Below are positions 1 to 12,039 of a stretch of 25,185 nt of DNA, in pieces. Within the stretch, counting starts at the first letter, position 1. Each line of letters opens with the position of its first letter. The translations under genes and the position numbers were made by a program. A model generated the notes under the pieces. That model saw only the letters and a list, made by a program, of their open reading frames with translations, was not told the origin of the DNA and did not search any database. This DNA is from Chlorokybus atmophyticus (Eukaryota; Plantae; Mesostigma and Chlorokybus algae), in contig RHPI01003728.1 of the NCBI GenBank assembly GCA_009103225.1, forward strand, positions 248,602-273,786, given 5' to 3'.

Positions 1-383
1 ACAATCCCATGAGAGTGGACATGGCACTGCAAAGACTGTCGGGACTACAGTCAGCCAGGCAGATGCATTGCATTGCTCAGGTCTGATGAGCATCAGATGC
101 AAAAGCAATACACCCAGGACACCCTACGCACACACGCCATGACGGTGCTGGACATAGGGAGTGGCCAATGACTGTTGGGACTTCGTGATGCTAGACATGA
201 CTTGAGGCAGCCCATGATCGGGAACAGCCCACCATGCGAATACAACGAAATGAAGCAATCCCTCCCTCAGCCATCACTGTAAACCACAGTGTACTGTCAA
301 GCAAGGCCTTCTGTTGGGTCAATCAACACATGTGGTATCACATCGCAGACAAGCTCAACCATCGTTTTCGTGTGTGTGCGCGT

Positions 384-384
<1 letters not shown>

Positions 385-430
<46 letters not shown>
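385..430. repeat. (CA)23 microsatellite
   Basis: Perfect CA dinucleotide run read directly; it produces the spurious THTHTH/VCVCVC ORFs. Confidence 0.97.
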
Positions 431-433
<3 letters not shown>

Positions 434-1211
434 GCACATGCTTGTACGTTGCAGTGTTCGCATGGTGTGCGCAGCTTGTGTGTCTGCATGACTATTCGAA
501 CGTGCACACACACACAGCCAACGAGCGCATTATAATGAATGCGTGCAACAACACTGCCTTGCATGTAGAAAGCTACTGAGATCCGGCAACCGGGGAGAAG
601 ACAACCATGTTGGGAGGCGGTGTAGATAAAGTTTGTTCTTGTGTCCTCGCTCTATCGCTTGGTAGTGTCCTCTCTGGGTTACGGCAACACCACTGCAAAC
701 TAACAACACTTCGGTTGGTCTTCACGTGTATGGCTGCATCCGTGCATGTTACAAGAGACCGAATGTGAACTTTCCAGAGCGAGCTTGACTGGGCTCTGAA
801 AGGGATAGATTCAGCATTAACACGCACGCACACGCATGCCAAACGTGTGTAAGGATGGTTGACCTCACCTTGGTGGTCCTCACAAGAAAGATGGGGTTTG
901 AGGCTTCAAGACAGATTCCCATCCCACCTCACGACAACTCCTTTCTCAGCGACATGATGCATACCTGCACCTGCACCTATATAATGCAGACGCCGATCAG
1001 ATGGTTGTCAAGTGGACTGGATGGACATAATACTCCAACGCGTGCGATCAAACGAGCACTTACTGTTGGCATGGTTCTGGTTGGACAGTATCTGCTTGTC
1101 TGTCTCATGATGGTGTGACAAAGCTGCATTCGTCTGCAGACAGCACACATTTTGACCCCTTCTCTTCTGTCCCATCACGTTGGCGTTTGTTCACCCTCTC
1201 ATCCACCCTTC

Positions 1212-4200
1212 TCAAGCCGCTTCGGGCCTCTCATGCGTGACGAGCCCCGCTGTAATCACGGCACCTAGCGCACACAAGACAACAACAAGGTGGTGTTACG
1301 ACATGGCAAGATGTTCGCTAAAAGCCAACATCACGAAGCGTCGTGTGGCACGCAGGGGACATGGTGTTGTAGGTTATGTGTATTTGTGTACAACTCTTTC
1401 TCTCCCTACCAGAGTCTAGGTGCTCTTCCACGAGTGCGCTCATCCCCATCCTGTTCAGTATGTCCATCAGCTCCTCCACGCTCGCCTGCACGTGACGCCG
1501 CACAAAGTCCAGGATAGGCATCGGGCTCACGTGCGCCTTGTCTGCGCGCACAACAACAACAACACGACTTGCGTAAGTTGTATCGTGTAAGATGGGGTGT
1601 TGTACAAGATGTTGTATCCAGTGACGTCTCTCACGTGCGAAGCTTTTGATGTGGACGCACAGCTCCACCAGGAAGTCCTTGTCAAGAGCGCTGCCGCCTT
1701 CCAACAGCCTGTACGTGTGTGCGCGCGCGTGTGTGTGCGCGCGGGCGCACGTGCGTGTGCCAGATGCGTGCATGTGCGCGTGTGCTGCGAGCGCATGCGT
1801 GGTTGTATGTGGCGTCCCATATTGGATACCTTCGCACGTGGTGCACGACCGATACGCACACCGGGTCCGTGACACGCCGCGCCTGCACACGCTACATGCA
1901 TCAGCAGCATCTCCCACACTCCCTCCAAACCAACGACACACACACTACACGCCCACATCATAAGCACGCATTCCCCTCCGCACCTGCACGAACAGGCAGA
2001 GCTGCCTGTAGAACCCTTCGATCTCTGCCTTCTCGGCGCGCTCCACGCTCTCGCGCGCAGCCGCGGCCGCCTCGGCACGCTCCGCCCGGCCCTGCAACCT
2101 CTCAGCCCTCCCCCTGAGTGACAGATACTTGTTGTTTAGCATACATACGCACAGGTGTGCGTGTGCGTGTGCGTGAGTACGCACACACATGTGCGCACAG
2201 ATGCGAACACGCGCGCATACACTAGCACGCGCACATGCACGCGTTTCTTCTACGTTCACCTGCATTGCCCTGCGCACGCGCACGCAAGCACACTCGCGTG
2301 CACGCGCAAGAAGACACAGACACAGACACAGACACAGACGTCTGCATGCGCTCGGACACACGCACCATATATCGCTCCTGGACAGCATCGCCACGTGCCT
2401 CCCTCCCCCGATCTTCATCTGCCTCATGAGCACTCCCGCCAGGTGCATCACGGTGCTGCTGCTCGGTTGACTGTGGATCAGCGAGGAGGAGGAGGCCGCC
2501 GAGGCGGACGACAGCGAGGAGGCCGCCCGCGCGCGACGGGCGCCGCGCTCGGCGAGAGCGGCCACCACGGCGCGGTGGCGACCGCGACGGGCGTCGAGGA
2601 AGGCGCGGCGCCACTTGAGGACCTGGGGGGGGAGTAGGTGAGGATGGGTGGGTGGGTGGGTGGATGTATATGCGGGTGGGTGGGGTTGAACGCCTGTGCT
2701 GTTTGCAGCACAGACCTGTGCTGCAGACAGCACATAGCAAGCGTAACTTGTTGTGGTGTCATTGTGAGCACTAGCACACAAGAGCTACACTCAGTCGCTT
2801 GCGGAGACAGTAGAACACACACACAGCATCAATCAGTGCCTCTTACTGGGTACTCTGCCTGGCTGCTGTTGCCGGCAGACTCACTATCCCGGGCACTATC
2901 ACCGCCACTGTTGTTGTTGTTGTTGTTGGTGGTGGTATTCTTCTCCGCCTTGTCCGCTGCTATGACATTCCCGGCCCCCGCGTTGAAGTGCAGGGACGCG
3001 GCCGAGGCCGACCGCTGCAACTGGATGGGAACTGCGTTGGCGTTGGCGTTGGCGTTGGCGGCGTCCTCCAGGATGGCCGCCATGTTGACTTGGGGGTGGG
3101 AGTGACGGGAAGGCGCGCGGTCCAACGTGACGGACCTGGTACCGGAGTGTGTGCGTCTGCGTGCGTCTGCGTGTGCGTGCGTGCGCGTGGGTGTATATGC
3201 CTTATACCTTCTGAGGGTGTCATCGGGTGCCAGCTTCAACGAGTTGCTCCTGACGCTCGCTGCACTCATGCCTGAGGGAAGACGGCTATGAGCGACAGAA
3301 CAAGTCCTACACACCCATCACGCAAACTGCAAGTGCAAGTGCGTGTTGTTGCGCATGGCGTTGTGTCTAGTTATGGGTCTGTGCTGAGTTGAACTCCTTT
3401 GCCAACCACCTGATATTGTGTGTGTCAACGAGACGCTGTGGCGATGATGATGATGTTGATGGGGCAGTGACTGACCCAAAGAGGAGTCCTGCAGCAACTC
3501 GTCCCACATGTTGCCAGCCTGGGGTAACGACAGTAGAAACACTCAACTGCACGCTATGTACAATGAGCGCGTGCGTGCACGCACGCGCCCAAATATACAT
3601 ACACGTGTGCCATGCCCACTCAAGCATGTGGGCATGCCTGTACACACGTCCACATGCGCATACAATCCGTGCCCGTACCCTTGCCGCTCTGGACCTCTCT
3701 TGCGCAGCCAACAGCGCCTCCTTCGGGAAGTAGATCTCTTCCAAGTCTGCACACGCACGCGCCCACCTTCTTATCACACACACCACCACAACCACACCAT
3801 CTCATCATCAACCCCTCCCTCCCAATACCTTTGGGCGTGCACGTGAGGTTGCGGAGCGGCACGGGCGGCGGCATCGTCGACGATAGCATCGAGGATGGGT
3901 CGGAGAGAGTCGGCGCGGTGGTGGCGCGCATCGGATGGGCGTGCTTGCCGCTGGTGAGGCTGTCCTGGCTGTCGTCTTTGAGGGGGGCAGTGGTGACGGG
4001 GTTGGGCTTGCGCATGGAGCGGTTCAACTGCAGGTCAAGAGAGAAAGAAAGGGTAGGTACATACGCCACCTACCAACCTTGTATGTACTGGATTTATTGG
4101 ATAGCATTGGATGGAACAATGCCCATACCCAACACATATGTGCGCACGCACGCGCACACGCATACATACGTACACACGCACGCATGCGCGTGCCCACGCC

Positions 4201-4485
4201 CACGCCCACTCGCACACATCCACACCTTTGATGAGTTTGCCTGCTTCTTCTTCCCGCGCCGGCTCCGCCTGCTTCCTTGCCTTACGTCCTGCCCGTACTC
4301 CCCCTCTTTCCTATACCCACTCCCATCCCCCTCATCCCCAACATACTCCCCGCTGTCGTCCTCCTCCTCGTCCGGCCACGCGCCGGCCAAGCCCCGAACC
4401 CACCCGCCCTCCGCCTCATCCACCGACACGAGACGACCCAGGGGCTCGTACGCGCGACCAAAGGGGGACCAAACGCCAACTTGGG

Positions 4486-4533
<48 letters not shown>

Positions 4534-5382
4534 GGTTGTTGACATGACACTTCTCTCCTCACCTGTTTGTGGCTTCTGCTGCCCCGCGTATGAAGTTGAG
4601 CGCGGGGACGATCGACGTGGCGTCTTCGGCGAACCGCTGCTTGCGCGCGCTGGAGGAGTTGCCGCTCAGCCGAGAGGAGGCGCCGTTGCTGCCGGGACGG
4701 GACGCGTACTCCTCGCCGGGACGCTGAGAAACCAACCATGTTTGTCGCCGACGACAACACAAGTACAAGCCACATCCACACACAGCAGCCATACACTGAT
4801 ATTCAGACGTAGAGGCACGTGGACACGCACGCATGCAAACGTACGTGTACCCAGGTAAGTGAGTCAAAGACCCGCACATGCATGCGGGTGTACACACTGT
4901 GACACACACAGGCACATGCAACCGCATAGATGCACACAGGCCTCAGTGCGGGCTTTGCAGCAACTGCACGCAAAGTTTCCAACCCCCACACACACACAAA
5001 AAACATCACAACGTGCCTTGAATAGGTGCTGTAGGGCTGCATTGGACTGGAATCCCTTGAGCTCCTTGCGCCGCTGAGCCATCAGCCTCCTCAATCCATC
5101 CGCCCCATACGCCTCAGACAACCTCCTCTGCACAACAACACCACACATCACACACTTCCCACCCCCCACCCCCACCCCCACCCCCATACATCTATCAATG
5201 CTCACCTCAGGCGAGTGTGGCCCTTCCTCCTCATCCGACCCGCCATCACCGTTGTGCACCGTCGGCGACGATGACGACAACGACGACGACGACGGCGGCA
5301 GCATGGACGGTGTTGCTACTGTGGCACGACGGAGCTCACGCATTGTTGGCGCTCTGATGGAAACTCCTCCTTCCTCCGGCAT
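1212..5382 (-). CDS. Hypothetical protein, ~690 aa, 15 exons; low-complexity N-terminal two thirds, helical C-terminal region
   Basis: Phase-consistent exon chain built by hand (minus strand): 5382-5206, 5127-5017, 4723-4563, 4487-4226, 4027-3829, 3746-3679, 3518-3476, 3271-3208, 3135-2847, 2622-2366, 2113-1984, 1882-1830, 1708-1635, 1541-1410, 1264-1212 (TGA). Total 2073 nt with no internal stop. All introns are GT-AG except intron 2 (GC-AG). Starts MPEEGGVSIRAPTMRELRR; C-terminal part reads AEKAEIEGFYRQLCLFVQARRVTDPVCVSVVHHVRRLLEGGSALDKDFLVELCVHIKSF...PILDFVRRHVQASVEELMDILNRMG. No family recognised. Some donors have in-phase alternatives. Confidence 0.8.
4489..4528. repeat. (TG)20 microsatellite inside intron 3 of the minus-strand gene; reads (CA)n directly up to the 3' splice AG
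   Basis: Read directly. On the sense strand the intron ends ...cacacacacag|GTCCCAAG. Confidence 0.95.
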
Positions 5383-5551
5383 GGCTGAAGTCTACTGTGG
5401 TGTGAACTAGTGGTGGTCAGAGGGGTGAGGAGGAGGGGGAGGCTAGCATCTGGGGAGTGGGAGTGAGCTTGCTTTCATGTTGAATGAAGATATTCTGTCA
5501 GTAAAAGAACACAAGATTGGTTATGTGAACAGGAACTGGAACTGTCGACGA

Positions 5552-6147
<596 letters not shown>

Positions 6148-6435
6148 NCACCGCCGCCGCCGCCGCCACCACCACCACCACCACCACCGCCGCCCAGGAC
6201 GCCGCACGTGCGTATCTCTCTGGCTCTTATTTAAGCTTGGAGCGACGAGGTTGTGAAGTCCAGTCCAACTCGCATCACAAGGCAGAAGGGCGTTATCTGT
6301 TGTTACATGACTCCGTACCGCAAGATATGCGTATTCCCAGTGTACGTTGTCGTCTCAGACATATTCCGTAAGGCAGATTCGGCCACGGTCAAGGTGGACG
6401 TGGCCGCTGCGGCGGCAGTGGCGGTGGCGGCGAAG

Positions 6436-8668
6436 ATGGGGGCGATGGCGGCGCCCGTGGCGATGAAGGCGTTACCACGGGTTGCGGCTGCCGCCGCTGA
6501 GGCTGCTGCAGCGGCAGCCGCCTCGACGACGCAACACAGCCGGAGCCACTGCCGCCGCCGCTGCCTCTGCAAGCTCTCTGCCTCCTCCTCGTCATCATTC
6601 TCCTCCCATGCCTTCAACCCTTCCTCCTCTTCCCCCTCCTCCTCCTCCTCGTCCTGGTCATCCCCCGGCCCCGGGTCCAACTTCACATCTGGGCCCGGTG
6701 ACAACGCCAGGTTCTACTCAGGGGGCCAGTGGGTGCCATCATCAACCCATCCCCCTCAGGCGACAGCTGGCGCCAGCAGCAGCAGCCGGACTGAAGCAGA
6801 AGCCAAGCCCGTGGTGGTGCTGCTGGGATGGCTGGGAGCAAAGCAGAAGCACCTGCGGCGATACGCGGAGTGGTGAGCACAGCACGAGAGCATGACGTAG
6901 CAGCATGGTGTTGCAGTGCAGCGTTGTGCACACCATTGTTTTGGAGTAGATCAACCGAGGCAGCAACACGAGTCTCACAATGAGGTACAAGACACTGTCA
7001 ACAACAGCTGTAGCACGACAGCGTCAATTTGGCATTTAGGCAAAAGACAGATGAAGTGCATGCAGCTTGTAGATCTGCTCTGTGCAGCTTTGGCATGCGT
7101 GCGGTTGTTTTGCACGACACAGCTTTCAGTCGTACACAGCAAAAGAACACGGCAAAGCAAAGCACATATCGGCAAAGCGAAGCAAAAGTTGGTACGCTAG
7201 TGAGTTTTGATGAGATTGCAGAACACTTCAGCCCCAGCTGTCGCACGTTTGTATTTGAATTTGTAATCTCAATGCACAAGTTGTCTTTGTGCACATCCCC
7301 GCACACTCAAACAGCGTAGGTGTCAGAGATAGTCAGTCAACCGTAAACTGTATTGTCACATAGTAACCCCAACAGGTACCAAGCGCAGGGGCTGGAGGCG
7401 GTGACGTTCATCCTGCCGATGCGATCGGTGCTCAATTTTGGCCACGGAGGCGGTGCGCGCGCTCACATCGAGGAGCTCGTCACCAACTTGCAACACCGCG
7501 CACAGGTTAGTTGTATTGCCCGCGCACATAATCCAACAAACATGATTACATGATATGTAGCTGCTCACACCAGGTGATCAGTCCACATGGTTGAGGCATA
7601 ATCCTGAGCTGCGTTGCTGTTACTCCTTCTCTTTGATGCGATATTGTCTTGTGCGTGTCTAATGCGTGTTTGTGTGTATGTTTCTTCCAGAAGTGTCCCC
7701 CGATCCTTTTCCACGCTTTCAGCAACACGGGCTGGCTGTCGTACGGCGCGGTGCTGCTGGCTCTGCTGATGCGGGCCGACAGCGGCGACGACAAGCAGAA
7801 GAGCAGCGTGCTCGACGCCATCGCCGGATGTGTCGTGGACTCCGCACCATCGGCCCAACTCGATCCCAAGGTAAACACACTTCACCGCTTTCCCACTCTC
7901 ATCGCCATCAACGCACACAATCTCATGTGTTGTGTATTAGGTTTGGGCGTCAGGGTTTGCTACTGCCATTTTGGGCAAGTGGAAGGTGCCTGCCAACGTT
8001 GCGGATGAGGTGGAGAAGCAGACGGGCGGGGAGAAGGAGAGTGTCAAAGGAGGAGGAGGAGGAGGAGAAGAGGGAGGAGGGGACAAGGGGCCGTCCTCGT
8101 TGGACTCGTGGTTGCGGGCGCAGCAAAGCCGCTTCACATCGCTGCTTGAGGGCTTCTTTGCGCGCTTCCTCCAACACCCGCCCATCAAACAGTACGTGTG
8201 TTGGTATCAATGTTGTTCTCTCAGACATGTTCTCTCTTGTTGAGTGAATTAAAAAGAGACTCTACACGTCATGCTACTGTTGTTTGTAGTTTGAGTACTG
8301 TCCAGAGTGTGGGGTAAACCCACCTGAATGAGTTGTCGTGTGGTCTCAGGCAGCTCGAGGAGGTCGTAAAAGTTCTTTCTCACCGTCAGCCCCGCTGCCC
8401 TCAGCTCTACATCTACAGCGACGCGGACGAGGTGATCCCCCACTCTCACGTGGAGGAGTTTATGGAGCGTCAGCGTCTCTCCGGCATTCCTCCCGTGGTC
8501 CTCGCCGCCAAGCTACCCCTATCGCCCCATGTCGACCACTTCAGAAGCCACCCAGCGGCGTACACGGCAACGCTCACGGCGTTCCTGGACTTGTGCCTGC
8601 GAGGGGACAAGCAACCCATGTCACTGCAGCACGACGGACCCGTTGTTGTGCCGGATACCAATCGGTGA
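6436..8668 (+). CDS. TMEM53: TMEM53/DUF829-family alpha/beta-hydrolase-fold protein, ~438 aa, 5 exons
   Basis: Exons 6436-6872, 7376-7505, 7691-7870, 7941-8191, 8350-8668; all GT-AG and in phase (1317 nt). Family motifs recognised: [31 protein letters not shown] (nucleophile-elbow-like), CVVDSAP, QLYIYSDADEVIP, SPHVDHFRSHP. The start is uncertain: in-frame ATGs at 6307, 6436, 6445 and 6463. Confidence 0.9.
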
Positions 8669-8870
8669 CGGTGTGTTGAGAGATGTGCAGAGTTGACTCT
8701 CTGGTGAAGTTTTAATCAGTGGGGTTGTTAGTTGACTATCAGTTGATCTTCTTTGGGAGGCTAGCAGATTGGGCTGGCCATCTCGGTTGTCTAGCTTGGG
8801 TTGTTAGGCACACTAGCAGTAGCAGTAGGTTGTAGAGTATGCCTTTATTATGTGTTGAGCCGTGTTAAGC

Positions 8871-8875
8871 TGTAA
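8871..8875 (+). terminator. Candidate TGTAA polyadenylation signal of the TMEM53-like gene
   Basis: TGTAA ~200 nt after the stop. UGUAA is the established poly(A) signal in Chlamydomonas-type green algae. Confidence 0.55.
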
Positions 8876-9085
8876 TTGATCAGGGTGAAAGTGGTATGTG
8901 AGAGTTGCTTAGAGAATTTAGCGTGTTCCTCGTGCGGAACAGATGGGCAAAACTGTGTTCCCAGCGAACAAGCCGATGACTAAACACGCAAGCAATTCAC
9001 ATGCTGTTTAACGTTATGCTGTTCCAAACTGCATAATGACATCTGAAATCAATCTTGCTCCCATGTGTATGCTGGCATGCAAAGG

Positions 9086-9090
9086 TTACA
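9086..9090 (-). terminator. Candidate TGTAA polyadenylation signal of the mL60-like gene
   Basis: TTACA on the + strand, ~330 nt downstream of the TAG at 9416. Confidence 0.45.
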
Positions 9091-9415
9091 CAGTTGAGAC
9101 AATGACAACGCTCGTATGTCTGCAGGCATGTGGTTTAAGTCAATGAATCCACTGCATCGCCCAAGCGACAGGGCCCAACGATAAATCATGTCAAGTAGTC
9201 CCCGAGAGGCTTTGAGTCAGAGAGGACTCCAACTCCAACTCCAACTCCACCTTAAGCTGATGGAGTGTGGCTAGCTGATATGGGTTATGGCTGCTAAACG
9301 GAGCGCAGTCCTGCCTTGTTTTGATAACGCATAGCCAGCCCCGCAAACAACTGAAACATTCTCAACACAACTCTTTGCGTGTACCCGTGGCTACTGTTTG
9401 GTAATTAGCATATTT

Positions 9416-10301
9416 CTATGTGCTGCTGGCTGGTGCTTGTTGTTGTTGTTGTTGTTGTTGTTGTTGCAACGCCTGCGCCTCAAGCTTTGCGGCCATCGCC
9501 AGCACTCGCTGCACCTCGTGCACGTGATCTATCCTCTTCCTGAAAGGGTCACAACGTGATTGAGTTAAGCGACTCAGCTACACAGCTGTTGCGGGTTTTT
9601 CGTAGATGATATGTGTGGCATCAGTCTGCGGGACTGATATGCGAGATGTACATGATGGGCCATTGACCCGCTGAGTGCAATGCATCATCACACCACTTGC
9701 ATGCAAGCGCTTTAGTCAGATGCGAACAACTGTTGAGTATGCAGCTGAGTTGGCAAGCATGGACACCAGCCGGACAAGTGAGGGGCGTGACAAGGATGTG
9801 CGCGTGCGCATGCATGTGCGCGCATTCTTAGCATGAACCCTGACATGTCACACTGGACGCTTGTGGCATTGTGTGTGGTTGTGTTGTTTGTGTTGTTTGT
9901 GTTGACTGCCAAGCACTAAATTTATGTGCATGCATGCGCATGCAGACACGCTAGCACGCAAGCATCGACACTTTACCACGCACGCATCTTCTCTTACTGG
10001 TGCAGCTGGGTTCAATCTACCATCCAAGAGAAGCTAGTTAACACAGCCTCTTTGCTTCTGGTTTGATGGGTGAGTGCGCATGCGTGTGTACGTGCGTGTG
10101 GCGTGAACAGCATAGCCAAGTGCATCGAATTTACAAGTACAAGATGTCAAAGTCATCATCGCCATGCAGCAAACGGAGCAAGGAGACAGAGAACGACATG
10201 CACCTGAGGTTGGCTTTGCGGCAGCGCGCCATAGGGGACTTTTTCCACAACAGCCCTCCCGTCTTCTTCATCACCGCTTGTAGAACCGGCGACGCAAACA
10301 T
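9416..10301 (-). CDS. Mitochondrial ribosomal protein mL60/mL63 (yeast MrpL31)-like, 73 aa, 2 coding exons
   Basis: Exons 10301-10204 and 9539-9416 joined by a phase-2 GT-AG intron give MFASPVLQAVMKKTGGLLWKKSPMARCRKANLRKRIDHVHEVQRVLAMAAKLEAQAL-Q10-APASST*. The N-terminal MF...GGLLWK followed by a basic helix (RKxNLRKRI..V..V) matches my recollection of the yeast MrpL31/mL60 N-terminus. No search was run. Confidence 0.65.
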
Positions 10302-10338
10302 CTTGCCAAATACTTTTAGACTCACAGTGTTCACCCTC

Positions 10339-10406
10339 CTGTGGTCGTCGTTGTTGGTGTTGATGTTGATGTTGAAGACAATGCTGGCTCCCACAGGGGG
10401 GCCTAC
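10339..10406 (-). other. Putative 68-nt 5'-UTR intron of the mL60-like gene
   Basis: CACG|GTAGGC...ACCACAG| on the minus strand, ending 37 nt upstream of the ATG at 10301. Size is similar to other short introns in the window (~70-90 nt). Confidence 0.45.
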
Positions 10407-11834
10407 CGTGTTGTGATATGTTGCAAGGCGGAGAAAAGCTCTACGCTAGACTACACTTGACTTGGCTGCCAGGTAGCAACAGATATTTCGCCAGCCGGTT
10501 TGCAGCACAAGCATCCGCAGGCAGGAACCTTATTAACGCCGCCGCCAACGCCACCAACGCCAAAACCAACGCCCTCGAGGAGCAGGCGTGTCTTGATTAC
10601 GTTGCGTATCTGGGTTGCACACACACACGTTCTTCCGTGAACAACTTCCATCATGGACAGGCTGTGCATTCATGCACTGATGATCAAGGCCTTTACATGA
10701 CAATGCGTGTGATAGGGCTACGTTGTAATTGTCATTGGGAATTAACAAACAAATTAGCGTTCGTCCACTACAATCATCCAATCAAGTGACATTTCCAAGT
10801 TGAGGTTCAGCAGTGTTGTGTATATCTGTTGACTGCTTGAGTTGTATCAACGGTGCGAGCGCAATATGCTTATGGATTGGGTTGTGCAATTTGCGCAGCT
10901 GCTCGGTACAAGTACATTGTATGCATGGGCACATGGTTGATGTCGTCGCCCGTGCCACGCGTGCTGATAAATACCTGACACGTATTGTTCATACCATGAA
11001 TGTTACGTGCTTTGAAAGAGTGCACGTGGAGGCCGGGTTAATAAACATACTTTCAAGCACGACGCTGCTGTCGCTGCCACCTCTCACCTACACGTGCAGC
11101 AATAACAACTACAAGTACGCCAGCTTGGCTTAAAGCCCAATCAAGCCTGCGGGGGAGCGTTGCTACTGTGACAAAAAAGAATGGCCAGAATTTGCACCAC
11201 ATCATTCCACGGAGATACAAAGGCAAGCACGAATTACACCCCCCCTCCCCCCTCCTATTTCTTTGTTAATGATTACATATAAAACAAACTGATACATAAG
11301 CGCCAAACACCAAGGCAATGGCGAGCAACTTGCGCTTGAGACATTGATTAACAAAATTCGCAAGTGTTTTTACAGACGCTTGTTGATCGTAACGTCATGG
11401 GAGGGTCGGCAATTCTTGCTACGAGCCACTTGTTAGAAGTTGTACACGCGCAAGATGATTACTATGATGGCGAATCGGTTGATATGGCCGTCTCGCGACA
11501 ATTATGCAAAAAGGGAACAGTTCCCTAAATGACGTACAGCTGACGATAGCAGCACGGGCTCATCAACATCAATCATGTCCCAGCACCTTCGTGAACACTT
11601 ATACTAAACGTTCAGTGGGGGCAAACGTCATAGCCGTCCAAATGGGCACACCAAGCCTGCAACTTGCTTAAAGCAGTTCCAAGTATTGCATGCAGTGCTT
11701 GAGGTTACTTGCTTAATTGAAGCATGCGCCTTGTATGCCATGATGGCATGTACTGTCTTGGCATAGTACATGCTTCGATCACTGTCAACATGAGCGTTCA
11801 AGGGATCTCGTAAAAAGGGGAAAGGGGGGGGGGG

Positions 11835-12039
11835 NNNNNNNNNNNNNNNNNNNNNNNNNNNNNNNNNNNNNNNNNNNNNNNNNNNNNNNNNNNNNNNNNN
11901 NNNNNNNNNNNNNNNNNNNNNNNNNNNNNNNNNNNNNNNNNNNNNNNNNNNNNNNNNNNNNNNNNNNNNNNNNNNNNNNNNNNNNNNNNNNNNNNNNNNN
12001 NNNNNNNNNNNNNNNNNNNNNNNNNNNNNNNNNNNNNNN
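11835..12039. other. Assembly gap (205 N) preceded by a G11 run
   Basis: Read directly. Confidence 0.99.

Noticed and set aside
234-579. THTHTH/VCVCVC ORFs here and in many introns
   Set aside because: They arise from CA/TG repeats, which contain no stop codons; no coding signal.
1542-1572. GCAAGT...GCGCAG mini-intron in the orphan gene
   Set aside because: Only 31 nt. The upstream GTGAGA donor at 1634 gives a normal-sized intron in the correct phase.
4851-4860. ACTTACCTGG on the minus strand, matching the U1 snRNA 5' end (perfect CAG|GTAAGT on the + strand)
   Set aside because: No U1 stem-loops or Sm site follow, and I found no + strand exon for the donor; treated as a chance 10-mer.
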